Source: a virus (taxonomy: Duplodnaviria > Caudoviricetes). From it: a stretch of DNA of 64,000 bases. A program made the translations under genes and the position numbers. The stretch is taken from positions 1-64,000 of the IMG/VR virus record IMGVR_UViG_2931680285_000001, one strand, 5' to 3'. Below the pieces are notes generated by a model. The model saw only the letters and a program-made list of their open reading frames with translations. It did no database searches and had not been told where the DNA came from. This document shows positions 17,834-27,217 of the stretch, in pieces. Within the stretch, counting starts at the first letter, position 1. Each line of letters opens with the position of its first letter.

Positions 17834-19627
17834 ATGTCCCGCACGCAGCCTGAACAGCCGAGAGCCACCCCCGTGGCCCCTCCGGCGTCCGCGCTGCGAT
17901 CGGCCCGTCCGGGTGTCGTCTCCCGCGACGCGGCGAACATCGCCGATATCCTCCTGCGCCTGTCGCCCACCGAGCGCCGCAACGCGTTCAAGCACCACCT
18001 GACGGCCCGGGAGCGGGCGGTGGTGATGACGGAGGTCGAGAGGGCCACCGGGTCGCTGTACGGCCTGTGGCGGGACTCCCCATCGGGCTTCGTCGAGGAC
18101 GTTCTCGGCGAGAGCCTGTGGTCGAAGCAGCGGGCCGTGCTCGACGCGATCGTCGGCCACAAGCGCGTCGCGGTCCCCGCGGGCTTCGGCGTCGGCAAGA
18201 CGCACCTCGCCGCCCGCGCGGCCGTCTGGTTCACCAACGTGTACCCGGTCGGGACCGCGCTGTGCATCACGACCGCGACGCGGTTCCGGCAGGTGCAGCG
18301 ACAGCTCTGGCCGCACATCCGGAAGGTCGTCCCGCGTGCCGGCTTGCCCGGCTACTGCGACACCGTCCAGTACAAGATGCCCGACCCGTACGGGAACGAC
18401 GTGGTTGCCGCGTACGGCTTCTCGGCCCCGGCCAACGATGAGGCCGCAATGCAGGGCATCCACATGCCGCACCTGCTGCTCATCGTCGACGAGGCGGGCG
18501 GCATCGCCCCGATGATCGGGCACGGCACCAACAACCTGCTCACCGGCGGCCACGCCGCCATGTTGGCCATCGGCAACCCGGCGATGGACGATCCGGCCTC
18601 GTGGTTCGAGGAGCTGTGCGTCGAGGGCGACGACCCGGCCGAGCCGACCACCGTCACGATCCCGATCTCCTCCCTCGACTCCCCCGCAATCACCGGGGAG
18701 CGCGCCCCGTACTGCACGGACTGTCCGGCCGGAGTGGAGCGGCACTCCCTCGCCGACCACATGCCCGACCAGGACTGGGTCGACCGCACGATCCGCTCGT
18801 ACGGCGAAGACCACCCCTATGTGATCGCGAAGGTTTTCGCCCGGTTCCCGAAGGGCGGTGGCGGCGTCGTCATCCCGCCGAGCTGGGTCGAATCGTCCAT
18901 GGCGTTCGAGGACCCCGTCGGCGACGGCTGGCGCCGGATCTGCGACCTCGGCCTGGAGGGCGAAACCGCCACGCACACGGTCCGCGACGGAGCGTGGGTC
19001 CGCCTCGGTGTAGACGTGGCCGCGGACGGTGGCGATGAGTTCACGGTCTACCGCGCGGTCGGGGACGCAGTCGAGTTCCGGCACGCCTCCGCCGGCGCGG
19101 CGAACGACAACCAGGTCTCCGTCGCGGAGAAGGTCTTGGAGGAGATACGGGCGGCGCAGCGGCTCGCCAACGCTCTCGGTTCACCGCACCCGGTCCGGGT
19201 CAAGGTCGACCAGAACGGCATCGGTCACGGTGTCGTCAGCATGCTCGAACGCTGGGCGGAGACCGGGCAGCACACGGCGCAGATCGTCGGCGTCATGGTG
19301 TCGGAATCGCCCAGCCAGGACGACCCCGGAGCGGTCATGCGACCGTGGCGGAAGCGAGACGAGATGTGGCTGGCCACCAGATCCCTGCTCCAGCCCGATC
19401 CGTCCTCGGGCCGGGGGCGGCTGCGGCTCCACGTCGACAAGAAGGCCGCCGCGCAGCTGTCGACGCCGAAGCTGCTGTCGACGACGAGCGGCTACACCCA
19501 GGTCGAGAGCAAGCGGGCCATGAAGGGGCGCGGTATGAAGTCGCCAGACCGAGCCGAAGCCGTCCTCCTAGCCTTGTACGAGCCCGAGCCCCTGCACAAG
19601 CCGCGTCGCCGCGGCCTGCTCAACTAG
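17834..19627 (+). CDS. terL: phage terminase large subunit
   Basis: Walker A PAGFGVGKT, Walker B LLIVDEAGG, coupling IGNP, RNase H-like LGVDVAADGGD ... KSPDRAEA. Confidence 0.9.
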   Translation: MSRTQPEQPRATPVAPPASALRSARPGVVSRDAANIADILLRLSPTERRNAFKHHLTARERAVVMTEVERATGSLYGLWRDSPSGFVEDVLGESLWSKQRAVLDAIVGHKRVAVPAGFGVGKTHLAARAAVWFTNVYPVGTALCITTATRFRQVQRQLWPHIRKVVPRAGLPGYCDTVQYKMPDPYGNDVVAAYGFSAPANDEAAMQGIHMPHLLLIVDEAGGIAPMIGHGTNNLLTGGHAAMLAIGNPAMDDPASWFEELCVEGDDPAEPTTVTIPISSLDSPAITGERAPYCTDCPAGVERHSLADHMPDQDWVDRTIRSYGEDHPYVIAKVFARFPKGGGGVVIPPSWVESSMAFEDPVGDGWRRICDLGLEGETATHTVRDGAWVRLGVDVAADGGDEFTVYRAVGDAVEFRHASAGAANDNQVSVAEKVLEEIRAAQRLANALGSPHPVRVKVDQNGIGHGVVSMLERWAETGQHTAQIVGVMVSESPSQDDPGAVMRPWRKRDEMWLATRSLLQPDPSSGRGRLRLHVDKKAAAQLSTPKLLSTTSGYTQVESKRAMKGRGMKSPDRAEAVLLALYEPEPLHKPRRRGLLN

Positions 19628-19671
19628 ATCGCGTCCCGGGCCGGCGCAACATCACAAAGCCGCCCTATCTC

Positions 19672-20352
19672 TCAAGAGCCGTCATCGAACTGCGCGCAGG
19701 CATCGTAGAACTCTTTCATGAATTCGCTATCCGCCTCAACCACACGAGACGGAATGCGCACTTTACAGGTGACCTTGACATCACCTTCCAAAGTAATCTC
19801 GAATTCACCGTCATCATAGTCTGGCGCGCGCCCTCCTTCCCTAACGCCAAAAATCCCCTTCTCTTGCTCCTTGACCTCGCGCGGCGCAGCAGGGAGTTCA
19901 CGGCGCGCGCCATCGTCGAACATGAACCCCAGGGGTGCGACTCCAGTCAAATTGTTCCAGAATTCAAGCAGACCCCCCACGGCAGCCGCTCCGATCAGAG
20001 CGGTAGACATGCCGCTCCGCAGGCGCACACGGAGCGAGCCTTCTTCGGTTCGAACGATGCGGAAGGTGAATTCCTTCGGCGACACAGGTTGCAGCAGCAG
20101 CAAGCGAGGCGGTCGACCGCCTGCGGAATCACGGGCCCGATCCAACGCGTAAGCCCAACGAAACCACATATCAATATCTTGCAGAGCGGGCCCCACACGA
20201 AAGGCAGAGGAGTCGTCGAAATGGATAACCGCCTCAATCTCGCGAACTCTGCGCCCTCCGCTCAAGCCGTCCATAAATGGAGCGACCGTTTGCGTGAAGT
20301 GCTCCCAGTACGCAGCGGGGAGCCGAACGTCTTCGTGTGAGCGATACGCCAT
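19672..20352 (-). CDS. hypothetical protein, low-GC moron-like gene
   Basis: 226-aa ORF with AGGAG RBS, visibly more AT-rich than flanks, one hydrophobic segment. Confidence 0.6.
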   Translation of the reverse strand: MAYRSHEDVRLPAAYWEHFTQTVAPFMDGLSGGRRVREIEAVIHFDDSSAFRVGPALQDIDMWFRWAYALDRARDSAGGRPPRLLLLQPVSPKEFTFRIVRTEEGSLRVRLRSGMSTALIGAAAVGGLLEFWNNLTGVAPLGFMFDDGARRELPAAPREVKEQEKGIFGVREGGRAPDYDDGEFEITLEGDVKVTCKVRIPSRVVEADSEFMKEFYDACAQFDDGS

Positions 20353-20649
20353 TCACCACTCCTTGGAGATAGGTGCTGCCCAGTAACACATGGCCATAAG
20401 CAAGTTGCCACACATGACGGGGATGACGGCATGCCGGAAGCGCCCGATCGGAGCATGGCATCCAGTACTCGGACCCAGGGAGACCCGGCTTCCTCCGGCC
20501 TCGCCGAGGCCGCCAAACGAGTCACCGGGGCCGGGTGGAGGCCGGTCCCGCGGGCGATACACGAGGCCGAACCGAGCCGCCGCCGGGCCAATCCCCTCGC
20601 CGCGGGCCACTGAACTGATCGAGCCACGAGCCGGAGTAGATTCGACAGC

Positions 20650-20868
20650 ATGAGCGACACCCCCCGACGACTGGACCCCACCACCGACGCCTCGTCGGCG
20701 GCGATCATCCTCGGATGCGAGCCGTCCCGGGTGGGGCCGTGCGCGCGGTGCCGGGGGCTGACGATCCGATATGGGGGCGGTATCCCGCGCGCCATGCCCG
20801 TCTGCCCCGCCTGCCAGGCAGAGAGCGAGGCGTCCGGGACGGGCAGCGCGGTGAGGTCCGGCAGGTAA
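20650..20868 (+). CDS. small Cys-containing hypothetical protein
   Basis: CxxC...CxxC; TAGATT -10 just upstream (leaderless). Confidence 0.5.
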   Translation: MSDTPRRLDPTTDASSAAIILGCEPSRVGPCARCRGLTIRYGGGIPRAMPVCPACQAESEASGTGSAVRSGR

Positions 20869-20910
20869 GCCGGGTGCTCACCTCGTAGTCCTGGCGGTAC
20901 GCTCCGTGCC

Positions 20911-21159
20911 ATGACGGACCCGTTCCTCACAGCTCTCGACCAGGCGACCCGCACCGTCATCGCGCGGGTTCGCGGAGAACTGCCCACCGCGACGTCCCCC
21001 TCGATCGCCCACACCTACTGCTGCGCACCGGAGCGGTCGCTGTGCGGGCTCGACCTCGCCGACGCGCCAGCCGCCGGCTGCGGAGGGGGCGGGGAGCAGG
21101 AGTGCGTGGTCTGCGTCGACCTCGAAGCCGTCGCGTGCCCTGACTGCGCAACGGCCTGA
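20911..21159 (+). CDS. small Zn-finger hypothetical protein
   Basis: HTYCC...LCG...CVVC...CPDC; TACGCT -10 upstream. Confidence 0.6.
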   Translation: MTDPFLTALDQATRTVIARVRGELPTATSPSIAHTYCCAPERSLCGLDLADAPAAGCGGGGEQECVVCVDLEAVACPDCATA

Positions 21160-21189
21160 GGCGGCGGTCCGACTCCGGGTCGCCTCTGG

Positions 21190-21411
21190 TCAGGCCGCCT
21201 CATACACGTGTGGCTCGCCTCCGCGCCACTCGATCAGCGTCGAGTCGCGGGCGACGAGTAGTTCGGGCTCATCGACCCCAGCCCCGCGCAGCAGCTCGAT
21301 GAGATCCCAGTCGTCGTAGGCGAGACCCAGGATCCTGTCGTGGAGCGTGATCCTGCGCCCGCCGGTCGGGCTCGGCCGGTGGACGACGATCGGAGCCTCG
21401 GTCTTGGTCAT
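21190..21411 (-). CDS. hypothetical protein (73 aa)
   Basis: PIVVHRPSPTGGRRI...LGLAY...WRGG pattern common in Streptomyces mobile elements. Confidence 0.65.
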   Translation of the reverse strand: MTKTEAPIVVHRPSPTGGRRITLHDRILGLAYDDWDLIELLRGAGVDEPELLVARDSTLIEWRGGEPHVYEAA

Positions 21412-21435
21412 CGCCCCTGGCGACTTCCCGCTCGG

Positions 21436-21864
21436 TCACATGTCCATTCCCAGGGCCACATCGGGGTGGCACTGATCGCAGGACCCGACGCCCCGTGTCA
21501 GCAGCTCGCGCGCGTTGTGGGCATCGACCAGGCGGGCCCTTTTCGGCCCCGGCCTCGGGGCGAAGATGCACGATGCCTCGTGGACTCGCTCTGGCACGGG
21601 TCCCTCAGGCGAGCGGCGCCACTCGATGGCGTACCCCTCCAGGGGTGCCGACGGAGCGCTGGCCACTGGCGGGCTCGGCCTGGCGCCCGATGGGAGTGCG
21701 AGCGGAGGAGCTGTACGTCCTCCGTGGCCGTTCAGGCGTTCGTCGACCTGCTGGATCTGGACGTCGAGGTAGGTCCGAATCGTCTCGGCCTCCGCCCGCT
21801 GCCGCGCCAGGTACGCCTTGATGATCAGTAGGCGTTCCCGATCAGGCGGCAAGATATCGAACAC
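21436..21864 (-). CDS. DUF6233-like protein
   Basis: LPPDRERL N-terminus; VHxxxC ... CxxCxPD C-terminus. Confidence 0.7.
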   Translation of the reverse strand: MFDILPPDRERLLIIKAYLARQRAEAETIRTYLDVQIQQVDERLNGHGGRTAPPLALPSGARPSPPVASAPSAPLEGYAIEWRRSPEGPVPERVHEASCIFAPRPGPKRARLVDAHNARELLTRGVGSCDQCHPDVALGMDM

Positions 21865-21872
21865 ATGACCGA
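21857..21872. promoter_or_regulatory. Possible LexA (SOS) box overlapping the start of the DUF6233-like gene
   Basis: TCGAAC-ACAT-GACCGA vs actinobacterial consensus TCGAAC-N4-GTTCGA (2 mismatches). Confidence 0.45.
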
Positions 21873-21874
21873 TA

Positions 21875-22048
21875 CTACTCGGGCTCGGGTAGACGGAGCG
21901 CGATGTCGGAGGCGAGCTGCTTCGCTCGGCGGCCGTCGCTGGTGTGGTCGCCGCCGAGGCTCAGGAGCAAGTCGACGGTCTCGCGGGCCTCGCTGAGGGT
22001 GATCAGCGGTACCCGCGGCTCGTTGATGTAAAGGCTGTCATCGTCCAC
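21875..22048 (-). CDS. hypothetical protein (57 aa)
   Basis: VDDDSLYINEPRVPLITLSEARE...LASDIALRLP; GC3-rich. Confidence 0.5.
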   Translation of the reverse strand: MDDDSLYINEPRVPLITLSEARETVDLLLSLGGDHTSDGRRAKQLASDIALRLPEPE

Positions 22049-22170
22049 ACAGTGAAAACCGGCATCTCCCGCCGCAGGACACGGGCGGAAAGCGGCAGGC
22101 GCAGATCGCGCGGCGTAATACGGAAGGGCCGCCGGACGCGGGGTCTGGCAGCCCTTCGGGGTGTTCAGGC

Positions 22171-22584
22171 TCAGGCGATGACGTACGAGCCGGAGACGGT
22201 AACGGTCTCCGCCTCGGCCGCGCCCTCGGCGTCGCCGTAGAAGTGGTTGATGTTCTGAAGGGCCGCGCCGTTGGTCGTGCCCGTGACACGCAGACGGTCG
22301 ACCTGCTTGCCGGTCGAGCCGGCGTGGATCAGCGCCTCGCCGGTCCAGATGCCGTGGTCGGCGTCGCGGCCGTCGAGGCTGAGCTGGAAGACCACGCGGG
22401 AGCCGGTGGCAGCGGGGACCGGCAGGGTCATGCCGAAGCCTGCGCCGTCCTTGGCGTTGGTCTCCTTGTAGGCGACGATCATGGCGTTGAAGGTGCAGAT
22501 GCCGTTCGAGACGGCGTAGTGGCCGGAGCCGCGGGTGCCGTCGGTGCCGGCGAAGTTGGTGAGCTTCGGGGTCCACGCGGTCAT
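22171..22584 (-). CDS. stand-alone beta-rich protein resembling a tail-fibre C-terminal (receptor-binding) domain
   Basis: WTPKLT...GxY...LPVPAA...TVSGSY pattern; AGGAGG RBS; late promoter motif upstream. Confidence 0.55.
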   Translation of the reverse strand: MTAWTPKLTNFAGTDGTRGSGHYAVSNGICTFNAMIVAYKETNAKDGAGFGMTLPVPAATGSRVVFQLSLDGRDADHGIWTGEALIHAGSTGKQVDRLRVTGTTNGAALQNINHFYGDAEGAAEAETVTVSGSYVIA

Positions 22585-22636
22585 GGGTGCTTCCTCCTGG
22601 ATGCTTGAGAAACTGCCTGGTCAGGCAGGTCCGCGC

Positions 22637-22665
22637 ACTGTGGAGGTCGAGCAGGGCTAGTGTCG
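22637..22665 (-). promoter_or_regulatory. Putative late promoter
   Basis: CGACACTA-N15-CACAGT on minus strand. Confidence 0.55.
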
Positions 22666-22755
22666 CGCGCTCCGGTGGGGCGCATGGTGGTGTTCGGCAC
22701 GGCAGAGCGCCCGGAAAGGCCACCCCCGGCACTCGGGGCGCCCTAGGGTGTGGAC

Positions 22756-23238
22756 ATGGTTCCTGATTTTGTGTCAGATCTTCGGCGGGCGGTCGGCCCC
22801 GACTGTCTGCTGTGGCTTCCCGGAGTGGTCGCGGTCGTCCGCAACGAGAACCGGCAGGTGCTGCTGCAACGCAGGTCGGCTGCCGGCCTGTGGACGCCAC
22901 TCAGCGGGATCGTAGAGCCGGGCGAAGCCCCGGCCGCCGCAGCGGCGCGGGAGGTGGAGGAGGAGACCGGAGTCCGGGTGGTGGTCGAGCGTCTGGCGGC
23001 GGTGACGCACTCCCCGCCGGTACAGCACGCCAACGGGGACCGGGCTCAATACTTGGAGATCGTTTTCGCGTGCCGCCCGGCAGACCCGGGCCAGGTGCCC
23101 CAGGTCTGCGATGACGAGTCGGTCGAGGTCGGCTGGTTCGCACTGGACGCCCTGCCGCCGATGAGCGAGCGGATGCAGCAGATCATCGCGATCGTCGAGA
23201 AGGACGAGCCCGCGGCATGGTTCATCCCGGCGCCGTGA
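22756..23238 (+). CDS. NUDIX hydrolase
   Basis: Nudix box GIVEPGEAPAAAAAREVEEETGV; TAGGGT -10 six nt before ATG. Confidence 0.9.
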   Translation: MVPDFVSDLRRAVGPDCLLWLPGVVAVVRNENRQVLLQRRSAAGLWTPLSGIVEPGEAPAAAAAREVEEETGVRVVVERLAAVTHSPPVQHANGDRAQYLEIVFACRPADPGQVPQVCDDESVEVGWFALDALPPMSERMQQIIAIVEKDEPAAWFIPAP

Positions 23239-23282
23239 CCGCGCGCCATCCCCGCTCGTAGGAGGCGGGTGGGCCGGGCCGC

Positions 23283-24563
23283 TCAGGCCGGCACGGCCCC
23301 TGTGCGGACAGCGAACTCCTTGAGTCCCGGGAGACGCGTCGGACCGTAGAGGAGGTTCGCCGTCAGCGCCCGCAGCGCGGGACGGCGGGCCTCCTGGGCT
23401 GCTTCCCGCTCGACGCGGCGCAGGGCGGCGAATGTCTGCTGCCCGTTGCCGAGCGCGTGCCACATCCGGGCCGTGTCGGTCCAGGCCCGAGCACGCCGTT
23501 CGGCAGTCGACATCAGGCCGATGTTCAGACCGCGTGAGAGCTCCACTGCCTCATCGGGGGTGCCGAGGGTGTTGTGGACGCCGATGCGGTAGACGTCGAC
23601 CTGCGTCTTGGTGGCCTCGACGGTGAACAGCCCGTCGGGGGCGGCGTGCGCGCGACGCTCAACGGACTCGTCGGCCTCGTCGAGCAGCGCGAGCGCCGTC
23701 GTGCGGTCGTGTCCAGCGGCTGCCGAGTAAGCCGCAGTGAGCAGCAAGGTGGTGCGTACGGCTCCGGCGCGCAGTTCGGCAGGGTCGAGCTGGGCCGCCT
23801 CGTGGGTGAGGAGACGGACGGCGGAGGCGCAACGGCCGGAGCGGCGCATGGTGATGGCGAGTACGCGGGAGGCTTCGCCGATGGGGATGGGCATGCCGCT
23901 GGCCCGTGCGGCGACGAGGGCGCGATCGGCCGCGACCCACGCGGTGTCCGAGTGCTGCTTCGCGGCGAGTTCGGCGGCCAGGACGTAGGCGCGGGCGAGG
24001 ATGCCGTTGGCCTGCTGCCGGGCCTGGCCGGCAGTGGCGTCCCTGGTTGCTTCGGCGGCGGCAAGGAGGCTGGGCAGGGCGTGGCTGAGGTCGCTGTACC
24101 GGGCGGCGCTGAACGTCTCCCGCGCAGCGGCCGTCGCGGAGGCCAGCGTCCGTAGCGGTGCAGGTCCGGTGTTCGGGAGACGGAACAGCGCGTCGTCCAG
24201 GTCCAAGACCGGCAGCGCCTCGGCCGTGCCCGTGCTGATGACGGCCGATGCTCCGGCGGCGAGCGCCCCCAGCAGTGTCGTCCTGCGTCGCATCGCGTCC
24301 TCCTCGTCCGACATCGGTACGTTGCCCACGGTATCGATCACCGGGCCTGCGGGGGCGGGGAACCCGCTGACCCGCTCAGGAGGGATGTGGAGCACCCGGG
24401 CCAGGCGCAGGCGGGTGTCGAGGTCGATGCGCATCCGGTTGCGCTCGATCCGCGAGATCGCCGACGCGGAGTAGCCGACCTCCCGACCGACCTCACCTTG
24501 TGTCAGGTCCAGGGCGCGGCGCGCGTCGCGGAAGATCTTGCCTAATTCATCGTTCGAGCCCAT
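23283..24563 (-). CDS. XRE-family HTH regulator with helical (TPR-like) C-terminus; TTA at codon 7
   Basis: FRDARRALDLTQGEVGREVGYSASAISRIER; AGGAGG RBS; MRRR linker typical of Streptomyces Xre proteins. Confidence 0.85.
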   Translation of the reverse strand: MGSNDELGKIFRDARRALDLTQGEVGREVGYSASAISRIERNRMRIDLDTRLRLARVLHIPPERVSGFPAPAGPVIDTVGNVPMSDEEDAMRRRTTLLGALAAGASAVISTGTAEALPVLDLDDALFRLPNTGPAPLRTLASATAAARETFSAARYSDLSHALPSLLAAAEATRDATAGQARQQANGILARAYVLAAELAAKQHSDTAWVAADRALVAARASGMPIPIGEASRVLAITMRRSGRCASAVRLLTHEAAQLDPAELRAGAVRTTLLLTAAYSAAAGHDRTTALALLDEADESVERRAHAAPDGLFTVEATKTQVDVYRIGVHNTLGTPDEAVELSRGLNIGLMSTAERRARAWTDTARMWHALGNGQQTFAALRRVEREAAQEARRPALRALTANLLYGPTRLPGLKEFAVRTGAVPA

Positions 24564-24646
24564 GGGCACCTCCTGCGCACCGACGGGACGCACGACACTA
24601 CTGCCTGTCGCCGCCCGACGGCAGGGCGTGCGGATGCACGCCGTGT

Positions 24647-24677
24647 GCCGGTCTCGCACACCGTGTGCGAGACCGGC
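24647..24677. promoter_or_regulatory. Perfect 15-bp inverted repeat (operator-like) between divergent genes
   Basis: GCCGGTCTCGCACAC-C-GTGTGCGAGACCGGC. Confidence 0.6.
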
Positions 24678-24779
24678 CGAAGCGGCTCCCCATCGGGTGC
24701 GCCAGGGCGGACGGTTGCGGGAGCAGGCGGACGGCACACGGGCCGGTCCGCCGCTCAACTCCTCTGCGGAGGCACCCCC

Positions 24780-25691
24780 TTGAACATCTTGATCACCGGC
24801 GGCGCCGGCTTCATCGGCTCGGCCCTCACTCCGGCGCTGCGCATCGCCGGTCCCACGGTCACCACCCTGGACAACCTGTCGGTCGACTCCCGGCGTCCGC
24901 GCCCGGCGGACCTCCTGGTCCGCGACGTACGGGAGCTGACCGCCCGGGACCTGGACGGCATCGACACGGTCGTGCACCTCGCCGCACTCAAGTCCGTCCC
25001 CGCCTCGTTCGAGGTCGGCAACTTCGAGCACAACACCGCCGTCGACCGGCACATGATCGACACCTTCGTCCGCTCGACCGCCGGGCGGCTGCTGATGGCC
25101 TCCTCGTGCGAGGTCTACGGCGAGCAGACCGGCCCGCTCGCCGAGAGCGCGCCGTACGCCCCCCGTTCCCCGTACGCGGCGGGCAAGGTCGCCACCGAGC
25201 AACTGGTCGGCGTCTACCGGTCCCTCGTGGAGGACGGGCGCCAGCTCGGCGTCGTGCGGTTCTTCAACACCTTCGGCCCCGAGGAGGACCCCGATGCCGT
25301 CGTCCCCGCCTTCCTCGACGCCGCCGCCGAGGGCCGCCCTCTGACGGTTGACGGCGACGGGAGGCAGGCCCGGGACCTGACGTACATCGACGACGCGATC
25401 ACCATGCTCACCCGAATTCTGGGCGCGCCCGCGCTGCTGCCCGTCGTCAACTGCGGCTCCGGCACGGCGGTGTCCGTCCTCGACCTCGCCCACGCGGTCT
25501 TGCGTGCCGCCGGGCGCGGCACCATCACCCACGCCCCCGCCCGCATGAACGAGATCAGCTCGTTCACCGCCGACCAGAGCCTGTTCACCCGCACGTACGG
25601 GCACGTCGACCGCATGCCCCTGGACAAGGCCCTGGCCGTCAGCTTCCAGACCCGCGCGCGCTCCCTGACGGCGGCCGGGCTCAGCCGCTGA
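24780..25691 (+). CDS. NAD-dependent nucleotide-sugar epimerase/dehydratase
   Basis: ILITGGAGFIGS, SSCEVYG, YAAGK (YxxxK), RFFNTFGP; TTG start after GGAGG. Confidence 0.9.
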   Translation: MNILITGGAGFIGSALTPALRIAGPTVTTLDNLSVDSRRPRPADLLVRDVRELTARDLDGIDTVVHLAALKSVPASFEVGNFEHNTAVDRHMIDTFVRSTAGRLLMASSCEVYGEQTGPLAESAPYAPRSPYAAGKVATEQLVGVYRSLVEDGRQLGVVRFFNTFGPEEDPDAVVPAFLDAAAEGRPLTVDGDGRQARDLTYIDDAITMLTRILGAPALLPVVNCGSGTAVSVLDLAHAVLRAAGRGTITHAPARMNEISSFTADQSLFTRTYGHVDRMPLDKALAVSFQTRARSLTAAGLSR

Positions 25692-25803
25692 GCGCCCCGC
25701 CCACCCGCGGGGCCACAAGCCCTGCCGCCCGCGGCCCCGGCGCTCCTCCTCGCCGGGGCCGTGCTCCCTCCAACGCGCCCCACATCACCAGGGGAAGGAA
25801 CCC

Positions 25804-27108
25804 GTGACCGAGCAGACCCTCCTGCCGTCCCTCACCGATACCCGCACCATCCGCGTGACCGGCGGCCACCGCCTTCAGGGCACGGCCTCGGTGCAGGGCA
25901 GCAAGAACTGCGCCTTGCACCAGTACGCCGCAGCCCAGCTCGTCGACGAACCGATGGTCCTCACCGGCATCCCGGGCATCCTGGACACCCAGGTCTGCGC
26001 GGAAATCCTCACCCACACCGGCACCCCGGCCAGGATCGTCGGCGACCGCTTCGAGATCACCCCGGCCACAGCCTGGCACCCGGTCATCCCTGACCAGCTC
26101 GGCAGCCGCATCCGCACCACCGCCGTCATGGCCGCCGGCTTGCTCGCCAGAGCCGGTCAGGTCCGCTTCCCCGTGCCCGGCGGCGATGCCTTCGCCCACC
26201 GCCTCATCGACCGGCACCTGGCCGCCATGGAAGCCGCCGGCGCCACCCTCGACGTCACCAGCACCCACATCGGCGCCCGCCTGCCCGGTCAGGACCCGCT
26301 GCCGTTCACCGTCGACGTGACGACCCAGCAGTGGGGGCCGAGCCTGGGGGCAACGGTCACCGCCATGCTGCTGGCCGCCCGCGCCCCCGGCACGTCCACC
26401 ATCCTCAACCCCAACACGGAGCCGGAAGTCCTGACGAGCGCCGCGATGCTCGCGGCAGGCGGCGTCGGCATCACGTGGGAGGGGGCCACTGCCCTCCACG
26501 TCACCGGTTCCGACCGCATCACCGGCGGGACCGTCCCCGTTCCACCGGATCGGCTGGAGGCCGCCACGCTGGCCCTGGCCGCCGCCATCACCGGTGGAAC
26601 GGTCCACCTCTCCAACGTGCCCATCGGCACGTTTCCCTCCGCGCTCGTGGTCATGCTCGCCGACGCCGGGATCGAGCTCGTCTCGTCGGACGGCGGCACG
26701 CTCGCTCGGTGCCCGGCCGGTCCCCGGCCCGTCCAGACGGCCACCGTCTCCGCGACCTGCACCGACGTCCAGCCGCAGCTGACCGCCCTCCTCACCCAGG
26801 CACCCGGCGTCTCGCGCATCGAGGAGCGGATCTACACCGCCCGGGACAGCCACGTCGGCCCGCTGCGCAGCTTCGGTGCCGCCGTTACCTCCGATGGGCC
26901 GACCATCACCGTGCACGGCCGGTCCCGTCTCACCGCTGCCCGCGTGGCAGGGCAGGACATTCGGGCGGTCGCCGCGCTGGTGATCGCGGCCCTCGCGGCG
27001 GAGGGCGTCTCGACGATCGAGGGCATCTACCACCTGCAACGCGGCTACGGCTCTCTGCTGCCCACGCTCTCGGCGCTGGGCGCCGAGCTGGAGGTCGCCC
27101 GCGAGTAG
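25804..27108 (+). CDS. murA: UDP-N-acetylglucosamine 1-carboxyvinyltransferase-like (MurA family, Asp at the catalytic Cys position)
   Basis: GSKN, PGGDAFAHRLIDRH, SLGAT, EPEV, PDRLEAAT, TDVQPQ, DIRA, HLQRGY. Confidence 0.85.
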   Translation: MTEQTLLPSLTDTRTIRVTGGHRLQGTASVQGSKNCALHQYAAAQLVDEPMVLTGIPGILDTQVCAEILTHTGTPARIVGDRFEITPATAWHPVIPDQLGSRIRTTAVMAAGLLARAGQVRFPVPGGDAFAHRLIDRHLAAMEAAGATLDVTSTHIGARLPGQDPLPFTVDVTTQQWGPSLGATVTAMLLAARAPGTSTILNPNTEPEVLTSAAMLAAGGVGITWEGATALHVTGSDRITGGTVPVPPDRLEAATLALAAAITGGTVHLSNVPIGTFPSALVVMLADAGIELVSSDGGTLARCPAGPRPVQTATVSATCTDVQPQLTALLTQAPGVSRIEERIYTARDSHVGPLRSFGAAVTSDGPTITVHGRSRLTAARVAGQDIRAVAALVIAALAAEGVSTIEGIYHLQRGYGSLLPTLSALGAELEVARE

Positions 27109-27217
27109 GAGCGCGGAAACGCCGAAGCGCGACCGCTTTGTACGGTCGCGCTGTCGGTGATCGTCCTCATGGGCTGCCCTCTGCCTCAGGACGGTGCCCA
27201 CGGGCTCGTGGGGTGAT

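Noticed and set aside
24593-24625. CGACACTA as another late promoter (also weak cases at 14766, 37674, 9965)
   Set aside because: No CANNNT at 15-nt spacing; 24593 is better read as the TAGTGT -10 of the minus-strand xre gene
24564-25718. N-terminal extension making the Xre ORF 811 aa
   Set aside because: Antisense to the epimerase; real start at 24563 has AGGAGG RBS and precedes the HTH
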